Shown here piece after piece: positions 45,581 to 56,046 of a stretch of DNA of 64,000 nucleotides (its first letter is position 1; every line of letters begins with the position of its first letter). A program made the translations under genes and the position numbers. Source of the stretch: an uncultured Candidatus Saccharibacteria bacterium (GTDB lineage: Bacteria; Patescibacteriota; Minisyncoccia; Phycocordibacterales; PALSA-1337); NCBI GenBank assembly GCA_964646515.1, contig CAZYES010000001.1:7582-71581 (forward strand), written 5' to 3'. Below the pieces are notes generated by a model. It had not been told where the DNA came from. It was given only the letters and a program-made list of their open reading frames with translations, and searched no databases.

Positions 45581-46213
45581 ATGTACTCGATTGTTACCAC
45601 TTACGGATTTGTCATCGATTCGCGACCACATGGCGAGGCGGGTCGAATATTGTCGATATTTACGCGTGATCTCGGGCTCGTCTTTGTAACTGCGCAAGGC
45701 ATACGTCTAGAAAAGTCGAAACTCCGTTATTATACACAGGAGTATTCATTTGGACGATATTCATTGGTAAGAGGAAAGGAATTTTGGCGATTAACAAGTG
45801 CGCAAGATGTTGATTCAAGGATAAAAATGTCTGTCTCCCCGGTCTCTCTTGCCGAGACAACGTGGGCTATAAAATACGTTAACCACAGACAAGAATTGAT
45901 TGCGCGTATCGCTTTATTATTGAAGAGGTTACTTCATGGCGAAGAGGCGCATGCAGAATTATTCGAGTGTGTCTATTCTTGTGCCGGATTTTTGTATGAG
46001 CAACCACATTTTACGGCTGAACGGTTAGAAACTTTCGAGTCGGTTGTAGTCTTGAGGATTCTACGTTTACTTGGTTACATAGGCGATGATCCATTACTCG
46101 GCGAAAAAATGCAATCGTCAAATATCACAGTCAAATTGTTGGATGACTTGGCAATGAAAAGAGTGTTGATCAATCAGCACATCAACAAGGCCCTGAGAGA
46201 ATCTCATCTATGA
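45581..46213 (+). CDS. recO: DNA repair protein RecO-like (no zinc-finger Cys motif)
   Basis: N-terminal OB-fold pattern (GFVIDSRPHGEAGRILSIFTRDLGLVFVTAQGIRLEKSKLR) and C-terminal LRILRLLGYIG resemble RecO. Confidence 0.65.
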   Translation: MYSIVTTYGFVIDSRPHGEAGRILSIFTRDLGLVFVTAQGIRLEKSKLRYYTQEYSFGRYSLVRGKEFWRLTSAQDVDSRIKMSVSPVSLAETTWAIKYVNHRQELIARIALLLKRLLHGEEAHAELFECVYSCAGFLYEQPHFTAERLETFESVVVLRILRLLGYIGDDPLLGEKMQSSNITVKLLDDLAMKRVLINQHINKALRESHL

Positions 46214-46263
46214 TTGGGAATAAGCAATTTCACTAAATAAGTTTTTTGTCATATAATATATTG

Positions 46264-48204
46264 GTGTCTACGTCAGATGATAAAAGTCATATCGATGAAT
46301 TGAAGAGTTCGCTATATTCGCGTACGGCGCCAGACGTTCGTACTAGAAGGAAACTCCGATTTTCCGAGGATACCCCCGAGATAAAGACCGATTGGGACCA
46401 TCCTGGAGAAATGGTAGAACCACCAGTAGAACTAAATAAAAAACACAAAGATCATTCCATGTCATTTTTTACCAAGTTACTTATCGGCTCTGTAGTTTTC
46501 TGTCTGATTGCCGTTGGGGTTGGCGCTTATCTGTTTTTCAATGGTTCCAATCTCATTTCTGCTGACAATATTGATATAAATATAGACGGTCCAGTATCTA
46601 TCTCAGGCGGAACCCCTGTTTCTTTCGATATTTCAATAATAAATAAAAACAACGTCAATTTGCAGTTGGTAGACATGACGGTTGATTTTCCTGTTGGCAC
46701 TACAGATCCGAATGATACCTCGGAGATTTTGCAGAATTACACTAAACTTATTGGTAATTTGCCAGCAGGCGGTTCCGCGCGCGAGACCATAAAGGCGATC
46801 ATCTTTGGTGAAGAAAATCTACAAAAAGAGATTACCGTGACGTTGACATACGGAGTAGAAGGTTCTACATCAGTTTTTACCAAGAGACGTACCTATGAAG
46901 TTCTTATCAATTCATCGCCAATCAACGTCTCAGTTTCTTCATTCAAGGAAATAACTTCTGGGCAAGAGTTTGATCTCAAAGTAAGTCTGAAGTCCAATTC
47001 TCAAGAAGCCTTGAGAAATGTTATGCTCAAAGCTTCATATCCCTTTGGTTATAGCTTTATTTCGGCAAATTTACAGCCACTTGTTGGAGATGCCATCTGG
47101 AAGGTTGGTGACATTCCCGCTGGAGGTGAACGCATCATAATTATTCATGGAAAAATTTCTGGAGAAGATAACGACACTCGAGTATTTCATTTTAGCGTCG
47201 GGGCACAAAGTATTAGTGACCCAAAAAACATTGGTACACAGTATATGGCGGTAGATCATAGTATGACTGTGGAAAAACCTTTTATATCTCTCAGCATATC
47301 AGTTGACAATGAAAGAGGTACCGAGGATTATGTCGGCCAATTTGGCAGATCATTGCGCGTAACTTTGACATGGTTTAACAATCTATCTAACTCTGTATCC
47401 AATGTGAATATCAGTACGAAATTGTCTGGCTCCGCTTATGACAAGACAACAGTTTTTCCTGATTTGGGTTTTTTCAATTCTGCTAATGATGAAATCGTTT
47501 GGAGCCAGAAAACCAATCCTGATTTGGCCTCGATCGGTGCTGGCGGTAGTGGAACGGTTTCTTTTACTATTACTCCCAAAAACAAAGGCACATCAATAAA
47601 CTTGATTACAAATCCGGTCATCACTCTGACCGCCAACGTGTCTGGGAATCGCACGCAAGAATCTGATGTTCCACGCTCGATTTCTTCGGCGGTCACTCGT
47701 AATATTCTTATCTCTTCAGACGTCTCTCTTTCTGGGCGAATTGTACGAACCATTGGCCCCTTCTTGAATACTGGACCGATCCCGCCAAAAGCTGAGAGAT
47801 CGACTACTTATACAGTAGTTTGGGATGTTGACAACACTTCCAATGCACTGAGCGGAGCACAAGTCACTGCTACTTTACCGTCGTATGTTAAATGGCAAAA
47901 CATGGTTAGTCCTAATACTGAAGATGTGACTTATGATCAGAACAGTGGCTTGGTCACATGGAAGATAGGGAACGTGGATGCTCACACCCTAAGTTCTTTG
48001 CGGAGAAAGGAAGTGGCTTTTCAAGTATCGTTTACGCCTAGTATCAATCAGGTCGGGCAATTCCCAACTATAGTCAATCAGGCTACTCTGGTTGCTACTG
48101 ACAGTTTCACCAATACCGCGCTTCAAAGCTCGCAAGGTTATTTGACCACTAGATTTAGCACAGACCCAGGATATAAGAGTGGTCAGGACATGGTCACGAA
48201 ATAA
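46264..48204 (+). CDS. Membrane-anchored hypothetical protein with a long beta-rich extracellular region
   Basis: ORF 46246..48204 (TTG). GTG 46264 lies 6 nt after TATAAT (46252-46257). One TM (FFTKLLIGSVVFCLIAVGVGAYLFF), then ~550 aa rich in S/T/N/V repeats. Confidence 0.75.
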   Translation: MSTSDDKSHIDELKSSLYSRTAPDVRTRRKLRFSEDTPEIKTDWDHPGEMVEPPVELNKKHKDHSMSFFTKLLIGSVVFCLIAVGVGAYLFFNGSNLISADNIDINIDGPVSISGGTPVSFDISIINKNNVNLQLVDMTVDFPVGTTDPNDTSEILQNYTKLIGNLPAGGSARETIKAIIFGEENLQKEITVTLTYGVEGSTSVFTKRRTYEVLINSSPINVSVSSFKEITSGQEFDLKVSLKSNSQEALRNVMLKASYPFGYSFISANLQPLVGDAIWKVGDIPAGGERIIIIHGKISGEDNDTRVFHFSVGAQSISDPKNIGTQYMAVDHSMTVEKPFISLSISVDNERGTEDYVGQFGRSLRVTLTWFNNLSNSVSNVNISTKLSGSAYDKTTVFPDLGFFNSANDEIVWSQKTNPDLASIGAGGSGTVSFTITPKNKGTSINLITNPVITLTANVSGNRTQESDVPRSISSAVTRNILISSDVSLSGRIVRTIGPFLNTGPIPPKAERSTTYTVVWDVDNTSNALSGAQVTATLPSYVKWQNMVSPNTEDVTYDQNSGLVTWKIGNVDAHTLSSLRRKEVAFQVSFTPSINQVGQFPTIVNQATLVATDSFTNTALQSSQGYLTTRFSTDPGYKSGQDMVTK

Positions 48205-48292
48205 TAAATAACAAAGAAGCGTGCTTTTAAATGTCTACTCTTGGTGGATTTTATCATTTGTTGGCTTTGTACATTTGAGGTAATATACTGTC

Positions 48293-49609
48293 ATGAATAA
48301 AAAGGAAAACATTATGGAGTCTATTACCTCTTTGGCCAAGAGAAGAGGTTTTATTTACCCGAGTTTTGAGATTTATGGCGGTTTGGCTGGTTTTTTCGAT
48401 TATGGTCCATATGGATTGGCCCTCAAGAATAATGTCAAGAATATCTGGTGGAAACAGTTTGTAACAGATCGTGAGGATATTTATGGTATCGATGGGGCTA
48501 TTGTCACAAAAAGAGATGTATTACAAGCCAGTGGACACGCTAGAGGATTTGCCGATATGCTCACAGAGTGTGAAAAATGCAAGCGTCGTTTTCGTCTAGA
48601 TCATCTTTCGGACAGGGTGAAATGTCCGGAGTGCGGAGGACGATTGGGCGAAGCTAGGCAGTTTTACATGATGCTTGAGACTCATATTGGCGCAGTAGAC
48701 GACGAATCTTCTCTGGCATATCTGCGTCCGGAGACTGCACAAAGTATTTTTACCAATTTTAAGAACATTATCGATTCTTTTCATCCTAAATTGCCTTTTG
48801 GCATTGCTCAGATCGGTAAGGCCTTTCGTAATGAGATTGCGCCGAGAGATTTTTTGTTTCGTATTCGAGAGATAGAACAAATGGAGGTCGAATACTTCGC
48901 AGAATCACAATCATGGCAAGAGCATTTTGCGGTATGGCAGAATGAAATAATGAAGTTTATCCATTCAGTAGGAATTGATCCAAACAAGGTCTCTCAGCTC
49001 GAGATTGCCGATGCTGACCGTGCTCATTATTCGAAACGCACCGTGGATTTTGAGTTTGATTTCCCATTTGGCAAAAAAGAACTTTACGGACTAGCGTATA
49101 GGACAGATTATGATCTTAACAATCATATGAAGGCTAGTGGCGTGGACATGTCGTACCTAGACGCAGAGACAAATAAAAAAATTATTGCACACGTGATCGA
49201 ACCGTCTCTTGGGGTCGATAGAACAATATTGGCTATTCTTTGCAGTGTATACACAGAAGATAATCTTGGCGGAGAAAAACGAATTCTTCTGAAGTTTCCA
49301 GCAAAGGTCGCACCAGTGAAAGTGGCAGTTTTTCCACTTCTTCGAAACAAACCACAATTGGTTGAAAAAGCAAGGGAAATTTACAAGATGATTAAAGGTA
49401 TTTTCCCAGCGACAGTTTTTGATGATAATGGAAATATCGGCAAACGCTACCGCCGACAAGATGAAATTGGCACCCCATTTTGTGTGACTGTCGATTTTGA
49501 GACGATTGAAAAAGGCGCAGGTGTCACTATTCGTGATCGTGATTCTGGTAGACAAGAGAGAGTGGAAGAAAAAGATCTGGTTCAATTTCTTGAACAAAAG
49601 CTTGGGTAG
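48293..49609 (+). CDS. glyQS: Glycyl-tRNA synthetase (class II, single-chain GlyQS type)
   Basis: RRGFIYPSFEIYGG, LRPETAQ, GKAFRNEI, SLGVDR motifs; C-terminal anticodon-binding domain. Confidence 0.93.
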   Translation: MNKKENIMESITSLAKRRGFIYPSFEIYGGLAGFFDYGPYGLALKNNVKNIWWKQFVTDREDIYGIDGAIVTKRDVLQASGHARGFADMLTECEKCKRRFRLDHLSDRVKCPECGGRLGEARQFYMMLETHIGAVDDESSLAYLRPETAQSIFTNFKNIIDSFHPKLPFGIAQIGKAFRNEIAPRDFLFRIREIEQMEVEYFAESQSWQEHFAVWQNEIMKFIHSVGIDPNKVSQLEIADADRAHYSKRTVDFEFDFPFGKKELYGLAYRTDYDLNNHMKASGVDMSYLDAETNKKIIAHVIEPSLGVDRTILAILCSVYTEDNLGGEKRILLKFPAKVAPVKVAVFPLLRNKPQLVEKAREIYKMIKGIFPATVFDDNGNIGKRYRRQDEIGTPFCVTVDFETIEKGAGVTIRDRDSGRQERVEEKDLVQFLEQKLG

Positions 49610-49664
49610 TCGGTCATAGTGCATCTCATGTTCAATTTCTGGATGGTATGTTACATTTAGAAAC

Positions 49665-50936
49665 ATGAAATTTAATAGAGTAACTCTCTCAAATGGAGTA
49701 CGTGTCATTACGGTGCCAATGACTGACAATCCATCGGTGACTATTCTTGTATTAGTTGGCGCTGGTTCTAAATATGAGACTAAAGAAATAAATGGTCTTT
49801 CTCATTTTCTAGAACACATGGTTTTTAAGGGCACTACCAATAGACCAAAGACCATAGACATTTCTAGAGAATTGGACTCGATTGGTGCCCAGTACAATGC
49901 CTTTACGGGGCAAGAACTTACGGGTTATTATGCCAAATCAGATGCCCGTCATCTAGACAAGATTATCGACGTTGTCTCTGATATGTATTTGAACCCGCTT
50001 TTTGACGCCAAGGAAATAGAAAAAGAAAAAGGGGTAATTGTTGAGGAAATTCGTATGTACCAAGACCTGCCTCAGCGGCGCGTGGACAATGTACTTATGT
50101 CACTTGTTTATGGCGATCAGCCTGCTGGTTGGGATGTGGCGGGCACAGAGGATAATGTTCGCTCATTCAATCGTGAACAACTTATTGATTATCGCAGTAA
50201 ACATTATGTGAGTAGGTCAACCACGGTCGTCATTGCCGGTTCGTTTGATGAAGAAAAAACAATCGAGGCTATCGGAAAGGCTTTTTTGAAAGTGCCCAAA
50301 GCAAATGCGGGGAGTAAGTTGGCTGTAACCGAATCACAGAGCGCTCCACAGATAAAAACCGAATTTAAAGAAACTGATCAGACCCACATTGTCATTGGTC
50401 TCAGAACTTTTTCTGTATTTGATGATAGGATTCCGGCTATGCATGTGCTCTCAACTATTTTGGGGAAGGGAATGAGCTCAAGACTTTTTTCTAAAATGAG
50501 AGACGACCTTGGGATCTGTTATTACATCAAGACAGAACACAGTCCGCTCACCGATCATGGGATATTGACGATCTCCGCTGGTCTTGATAATTCTAGGGTT
50601 GAAGAGGGAGTCAGACAGATCGTCGTTGAGTGCGAAAAGATCAAGGACGAATTGGTCAATGATGTGGAGCTTAAAAAGGCCAAAGATTATATTTCTGGCA
50701 CGACAATGCTCGAATTGGAGACTTCAGAAGCACGCGCCGAGTACTGCGGTCTCCAAGAGATCTTAAAGCGCGACATCGAGACCCCAGAAGAGATTATTGC
50801 CAAGATTAACAAAGTTACTGCTGGAGATGTGCGAAAGTTAGCTAGAGAGGTTTTTGTTAATGAGGGGTTGAATATGGCGATAATTGGTAAATTGAAAAAC
50901 GGCGATGGTCTCAAAGATTGTTTTAGGTTTGGTTAA
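49665..50936 (+). CDS. M16 family (insulinase/pitrilysin-like) zinc peptidase
   Basis: Inverted zinc motif HFLEHMVFKGT; 423 aa. Confidence 0.88.
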   Translation: MKFNRVTLSNGVRVITVPMTDNPSVTILVLVGAGSKYETKEINGLSHFLEHMVFKGTTNRPKTIDISRELDSIGAQYNAFTGQELTGYYAKSDARHLDKIIDVVSDMYLNPLFDAKEIEKEKGVIVEEIRMYQDLPQRRVDNVLMSLVYGDQPAGWDVAGTEDNVRSFNREQLIDYRSKHYVSRSTTVVIAGSFDEEKTIEAIGKAFLKVPKANAGSKLAVTESQSAPQIKTEFKETDQTHIVIGLRTFSVFDDRIPAMHVLSTILGKGMSSRLFSKMRDDLGICYYIKTEHSPLTDHGILTISAGLDNSRVEEGVRQIVVECEKIKDELVNDVELKKAKDYISGTTMLELETSEARAEYCGLQEILKRDIETPEEIIAKINKVTAGDVRKLAREVFVNEGLNMAIIGKLKNGDGLKDCFRFG

Positions 50937-50989
50937 TGACAAGTCATGATTTTGTTGTGCATCGCTAATAATAGCGGTATACTTTTGTC

Positions 50990-52087
50990 ATGAATGAGTC
51001 AAAAAACACCCATGTAGTAGTCAATACGGGTACTCTCATACGTTTTTTTCTCATTACAGTTTTGCTTTTGGTGTTGTACTACATCTCTGATGTCATCCTA
51101 GTGATTGTCGCTGCCATAGTCATCGCTTCGGCCATTGAACCCTTGATACGCAGATTGAAGAGGCGAAAGATACATCGGATTGTTAGCGTCATAGTCATAT
51201 ATGTACTTCTGGCACTTGCCCTTGCAGGGATTCTAATATTTTTCTTACCATTGGTCGTAAATGATATGGTGACTTTTCTTAATGGTCTACCGCATACGAT
51301 TTCACTGGGCAATCTCTGGAGTCCCTTATCTTCTGTTGGCGGTGACACTGTAGCCACTTCCCAGTCATTGTCAGGGAATACAATCTCCATATATGATTTT
51401 GTTGATGAGCTCAAATCTCTCATTGCTGGTACTAGTGCCGAAGTCTTCAAGACAGCTAGTGTGCTCTTTGGTGGTGTTCTTAGCTTTCTTCTGATTGTGA
51501 TTCTCTCATTTTATTTGGCGGTTCAAGAAGACGGAGTCGGTGATTTTTTACGCATTGTGGCTCCAGTCAAGCATCATGACTATGTTGTCGATCTTTGGGC
51601 TCGTTCTCAGCGTAAGATGGCCCTGTGGTTGCAAGGTCAGATTGTTTTGGGAATAATTGTGGGTATTTTGGTCTACATTGTCTTGTTGATTGTTGGTATC
51701 CCTCACGCGCTTTTGCTTGCTGTGCTTGCCGGTCTGTTCGAGATCATACCTGTTTTTGGACCAATCATTTCAGCTATTCCGGCAGTTGCTACGGCTTTTG
51801 CAGAACGTGGCCTAGGTATAGGTCTTTTGTTGGTTGGTCTGTATATTGTCATACAGCAACTCGAGGGTCAGCTTTTTTATCCTTTGGTAGTAAAGAAAGT
51901 TGTCGGCATTTCTCCTATTGTAGTTATCCTTGCTCTTGTTATTGGTGCCAAGCTCGCCGGTGTCTTGGGGGCATTGATTGCTGTACCGCTGTCGGCTGCT
52001 TTGATGGAGTATATTCATGATATTGAAAAGTATAAAAATGCAGAAAGAGCCGAGAGGGCCGTGATCAATAAGAAAACAAATGCATAA
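50990..52087 (+). CDS. AI-2E family transporter (UPF0118/PerM-like)
   Basis: 365 aa; ~8 TM helices; conserved C-terminal EIIPVFGP-type motif (FEIIPVFGPIISAIP). Confidence 0.8.
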   Translation: MNESKNTHVVVNTGTLIRFFLITVLLLVLYYISDVILVIVAAIVIASAIEPLIRRLKRRKIHRIVSVIVIYVLLALALAGILIFFLPLVVNDMVTFLNGLPHTISLGNLWSPLSSVGGDTVATSQSLSGNTISIYDFVDELKSLIAGTSAEVFKTASVLFGGVLSFLLIVILSFYLAVQEDGVGDFLRIVAPVKHHDYVVDLWARSQRKMALWLQGQIVLGIIVGILVYIVLLIVGIPHALLLAVLAGLFEIIPVFGPIISAIPAVATAFAERGLGIGLLLVGLYIVIQQLEGQLFYPLVVKKVVGISPIVVILALVIGAKLAGVLGALIAVPLSAALMEYIHDIEKYKNAERAERAVINKKTNA

Positions 52088-53552
52088 TACATCTAGATCA
52101 TTTTATATAACGACGACTTTGCCGTATGTCAATGCCGATCCTCATATTGGTTATGCCATGGAGCTTATTCGAGCCGATGTCATAGCTAGAGCAAAGAGGC
52201 TGGCTGGTTTTGAAGTATTTTTCAATATGGGTACCGATGAGCATGGCGTGAAAGTCTATCGTAAAGCCAAAGAGCAGGGCATTGATCCGCAAAAGTACGT
52301 GGATATTCTCGCAGAAAAATACAAACAACTTATTTCTGCCCTCAATATCATGAAAGAGGTCTGTTTTATTCGCACGACAGACCCACGTCATATGAAAGCG
52401 GCGCAAGAATTTTGGAGAGTCGTGAACAAGAACGGGTTGATTTACAAAAAAAATTATTCGGTCAAATATTGCGTGGGCTGTGAATTGGAAAAGACAGAGT
52501 CGGAACTTGTAGATGGCAAGTGCCCTCTGCATCCACTTACGGAATTGGACATTATTGAAGAAGAGAATTACTTTTTTAGGTTTAGTATTTTCCAGAGACA
52601 ACTTATGGAGCTGTATGAAAAAGACATTTTTGTTATTCCAAATTCACGGTTAAATGAAATACGCGCTTTTGTCGAACGGGGCATTGAAGATTTTAGTATA
52701 TCTAGATTGGCCAGCAAAATGCCCTGGGGCGTGCCAGTACCAGATGATGATGAGCATGTCATGTATGTGTGGTTTGACGCTTTGGTTAATTACATTTCTG
52801 TTATTGGTTGGCCAGATAGGGTAGACGATTTCAAGAAATGGTGGATCGATAGTGGCGGTGTTGTGCAATACTGTGGCAAAGATAATCTGCGTCAACAATC
52901 GGCTATGTGGCAGGCCATGCTCATGGCCGCAAAAATACCACCTTCGAAAGCCATTGTTATCAATGGATTTATCACTGGCGATGGTGGAGTTAAGATGTCC
53001 AAATCTCTGGGCAATACTGTTGACCCCTTTGCAATCATAAAGGAGTATGGCACTGACGCTTTGCGTTACTACGTCATACGTGAATTGAGTCCGCATGAAG
53101 ATAGTCCATTTACCATGGAGAAATTCAAAGAGGCTTATAATGCCCATCTGGCCAATGGTCTCGGCAACTTGGTTTCGAGAGTGATGAAGATGTCAGAGGC
53201 TAACTCGGTTAAATTCGACACGCAAATTTTTGATAGTCTTTCCGAATTTGCAGAAGTAAAAACCATGCGCAAAAAATATGATGAAGGCTTGGACAAGTAT
53301 GATCTGGCGCAATCTGCCAATGCTGTCTGGGAGTTTATTGCCAATACGGATAAGATTGTCCAGGAACGCGCGCCGTTCAAGAAAATAAAGACAGATAAAA
53401 TTGGGGCAGAGAGTGATATAAAAGAGCTATTGGCTAGGCTAAAATTGGTCGGTCTCATGCTCGCTCCTATATTGCCAGAAACTAGCACAAATATTATCAA
53501 TCTTGTCGAAAACAATAAGATGCCTGAAACGCCGTTGTTTATTAGAAAATAA
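52080..53552 (+). CDS. metG: Methionyl-tRNA synthetase (short form)
   Basis: TTTLPYVNADPHIGY (HIGH-type), KMSKSLGN, CxxC knuckle (CVGC...C); 8-nt overlap with the upstream gene. Confidence 0.93.
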   Translation: MHNTSRSFYITTTLPYVNADPHIGYAMELIRADVIARAKRLAGFEVFFNMGTDEHGVKVYRKAKEQGIDPQKYVDILAEKYKQLISALNIMKEVCFIRTTDPRHMKAAQEFWRVVNKNGLIYKKNYSVKYCVGCELEKTESELVDGKCPLHPLTELDIIEEENYFFRFSIFQRQLMELYEKDIFVIPNSRLNEIRAFVERGIEDFSISRLASKMPWGVPVPDDDEHVMYVWFDALVNYISVIGWPDRVDDFKKWWIDSGGVVQYCGKDNLRQQSAMWQAMLMAAKIPPSKAIVINGFITGDGGVKMSKSLGNTVDPFAIIKEYGTDALRYYVIRELSPHEDSPFTMEKFKEAYNAHLANGLGNLVSRVMKMSEANSVKFDTQIFDSLSEFAEVKTMRKKYDEGLDKYDLAQSANAVWEFIANTDKIVQERAPFKKIKTDKIGAESDIKELLARLKLVGLMLAPILPETSTNIINLVENNKMPETPLFIRK

Positions 53553-53603
53553 TTTTTTGTTCGCCAATATTCCTCTGATTATTTTTTATTGCAGGAGAAC
53601 GTT

Positions 53604-54434
53604 ATGAAATACGTAGATATACACGGTCATGTAAATTTTGCCACCTATGATGAAGACCGAGAGGCGGTTATTAATCGGGCGCAGGAAGCGGGGGTTGGGA
53701 TTGTCAGTGTTGGCGTGGATCTTCAATCATCAAAAAAGGCGCTTGAATTGGCCGAATCTCACCCAAACATGTGGGCTGTTGTGGGTATGCACCCGACCAA
53801 TGTCGCCGAATTTTCCAATAAAATTGGTAAAGACGATTTAAAATGCAGGGAGGCTAACTTAATGCAGGTTTTTGATTATGATGAATTCAAAAAGTTGGCA
53901 TTTCATCCAAAAGTTATTGCTATCGGCGAGTGCGGGCTCGATTACTTTCATTCCAAGACAGGAGATATGGATGGAGAAAGGGAAGTTTTTATCGAGCATA
54001 TAAATCTGGCCAACGAGGTCAACAAACCACTTATGCTACATGTAAGAAATGGTTCCACAGGATCCGCCTATCAAGAAACAATCGCTATTTTGAAGAGATA
54101 TGCAAAAGTGCGAGCGAATTTTCATTTTTTTGCCGGTACGCTCGAAGACATGAAGAGTGCTCTTGAAATCGATGCCATGTTTTCTTTTACGGGAGTAGTT
54201 ACTTTTGCTAGGAGTTATGATGAGCTAGTGAGGGCCTTGCCGGCCGATCGTATCATGTCGGAGACGGATTGTCCCTATGTGGCGCCTGTGCCATATCGTG
54301 GCCGTAGAAACGAGCCAACCTATGTCGTCGAAGTGGTCAAAGCGATTGCAGAGATCAGGGGAGAAAGATTCGAAGCATTAAGTGAGCAGTTATTGCAAAA
54401 CGCGCGTGATTTTTTTACTTGCATATCTCATTGA
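53604..54434 (+). CDS. TatD family metal-dependent hydrolase/DNase
   Basis: DIHGH N-terminal motif, GECGLDY, SETDCPY. A true SD (AGGAGA, 53593-53598) precedes ATG 53604. Confidence 0.88.
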   Translation: MKYVDIHGHVNFATYDEDREAVINRAQEAGVGIVSVGVDLQSSKKALELAESHPNMWAVVGMHPTNVAEFSNKIGKDDLKCREANLMQVFDYDEFKKLAFHPKVIAIGECGLDYFHSKTGDMDGEREVFIEHINLANEVNKPLMLHVRNGSTGSAYQETIAILKRYAKVRANFHFFAGTLEDMKSALEIDAMFSFTGVVTFARSYDELVRALPADRIMSETDCPYVAPVPYRGRRNEPTYVVEVVKAIAEIRGERFEALSEQLLQNARDFFTCISH

Positions 54435-54665
54435 GGAGCGTATAATTGTTGCGTGGATTAGAAATTTGCCTGCCCACCACAATATCTTTAACTAATATTC
54501 GTACTCTTGCGTGAACGTTATTATTGTGTTAGCCTCATTACACATTATAAGTAATCGTAACTAGTTCCTCGGTTTGCCCGTCCCATTGAGCGTTACTCTA
54601 TGAGAATGGTAGACAAGGATCTCGCTGTCAATCATCCGAAGCGAGCCACTGGTTGCAAACAAACT

Positions 54666-55166
54666 ATGGAAGAAAATATTCATGATGGACATTTGACAAC
54701 TTACGAAGTAGGGTATCTTTTGTCTATTGCTATTACCGAAGAGCATATTTTAGCCGAGGTTGATAAGATAAGAGAGATAATCACACTGGCTGGTGCCTCG
54801 ATCGTTACTGAAGGAGCGCCTCATCGTCAGGAGCTCTCTTATACCATGAGGATCAAAACAGTCTCTGGTTCCTATCAAAAATTCGATGAGGCATATTTCG
54901 GCTGGATCAAGTTCGAACTTGAATCTAGCAAGGTGGAGCTGGTCAAAAAGTCGATTGAAGATTTACCCTCGATCATTCGCATATTACTCGTCACCACTGT
55001 CAAAGAAAATACTTATTTGGGCAAGTCCGCCCCAGCTATCTCTACAGGTTTTGTCTCGAAACGCGCCACGATAGAAGGGCCAGTCAACATAGAAAAGAAA
55101 GATGTTACTCTGGCGACTCTAGAAGAAATGGACAAGAGTATCGATGAAATGGTTAAGGAGGCATAG
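54666..55166 (+). CDS. rpsF: 30S ribosomal protein S6 with a C-terminal extension
   Basis: YEVGYLL...LSY...IIRILLV pattern; position before ssb-rpsR. ORF track starts at 54600; ATG 54666 fits the conserved N-terminus better. Confidence 0.75.
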   Translation: MEENIHDGHLTTYEVGYLLSIAITEEHILAEVDKIREIITLAGASIVTEGAPHRQELSYTMRIKTVSGSYQKFDEAYFGWIKFELESSKVELVKKSIEDLPSIIRILLVTTVKENTYLGKSAPAISTGFVSKRATIEGPVNIEKKDVTLATLEEMDKSIDEMVKEA

Positions 55167-55234
55167 TTACGCTATGTATATTCTAGGACCGATGTCCTAG
55201 AACAAAAATAAAACTATTAATTAACCATAAAAAC

Positions 55235-55741
55235 ATGTACCTAAACAAAACGTTTATTATAGGGAATTTAACAAGGGATCCAGAGATTAGAATGTTGCCG
55301 TCAGGTATCAAAGTCTGTAGTTTTGGCGTTGCCATCAATCGTTTCTTTAAAGATAAAGATGGCATGAAGCAAGAAGCTACCGATTTTGAGAATGTCACGG
55401 CCTTTGGTAAGATAGGCGAACTCGCTGGTCAGTATCTCAAAAAAGGACAACAAGTTCTCGTTGAGGGCCGTTTGCAGACCAGATCTTGGGAATCAAATGG
55501 CGAAAAAAAGTATCGTACAGAAATTATCGCCGATAATATCCAATTTGGCCCCAAGGCCAGTGGTAATTATCAGAAATCTGCAAATACGGTCGGTACATCT
55601 TCTGAAACTCCTGGTCTACAGTCGCAGACCGAGCCACAGAGTGGAGAAGTGGGTGGGGAGTTGACTGGTGGAGCGGTAGAGAAAGATAATAAGATCGAAT
55701 ATCCGAGCGAAGAGATCAATCCGGATGATATTCCATTTTAA
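55235..55741 (+). CDS. ssb: Single-stranded DNA-binding protein
   Basis: OB-fold N-terminus (NKTFIIGNLTRDPE), disordered G/S/Q-rich tail ending in the acidic tip DDIPF. Confidence 0.93.
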   Translation: MYLNKTFIIGNLTRDPEIRMLPSGIKVCSFGVAINRFFKDKDGMKQEATDFENVTAFGKIGELAGQYLKKGQQVLVEGRLQTRSWESNGEKKYRTEIIADNIQFGPKASGNYQKSANTVGTSSETPGLQSQTEPQSGEVGGELTGGAVEKDNKIEYPSEEINPDDIPF

Positions 55742-55783
55742 CGATTAATCACGAAGTTTATAATTCACTGATTTGTATTAAAT

Positions 55784-55990
55784 ATGATGAAAAAACAATG
55801 TTATTTTAACCAGCATAATATCAAGTATATCGATTACAAAGATACGGAGATCTTAAAAAAGTTTCTCAATCCACACGGTCGTATTTTGAGTCGCAAACGC
55901 ACGGGTATATCGGCAAAATATCAGCGCCAGCTTGGTGTTGCTGTCAAAAGAGCAAGATTCATGGGACTTTTGCCGTATGTCGCTAGATAA
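55784..55990 (+). CDS. rpsR: 30S ribosomal protein S18
   Basis: 68 aa; YIDYKD...LKKFL...[10 protein letters not shown]...QRQL...[11 protein letters not shown]. Confidence 0.93.
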   Translation: MMKKQCYFNQHNIKYIDYKDTEILKKFLNPHGRILSRKRTGISAKYQRQLGVAVKRARFMGLLPYVAR

Positions 55991-56010
55991 TCTGGCCTAA
56001 GAGTGAAAAA

Positions 56011-56043
56011 AGAAAGCGGATTTTTTTACCCGCTTTCTTTTGT
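56011..56043. terminator. Bidirectional intrinsic terminator between rpsR and efp
   Basis: 9-bp perfect stem AGAAAGCGG / CCGCTTTCT, A/T-rich loop, flanked by an A-run upstream and a T-run downstream. Confidence 0.75.
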
Positions 56044-56046
56044 TCA

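Noticed and set aside
49157-49729. 190-aa minus-strand ORF overlapping the 3' end of glyQS
   Set aside because: Shadow ORF opposite a well-supported synthetase gene. C/F/N-rich sequence of low plausibility.
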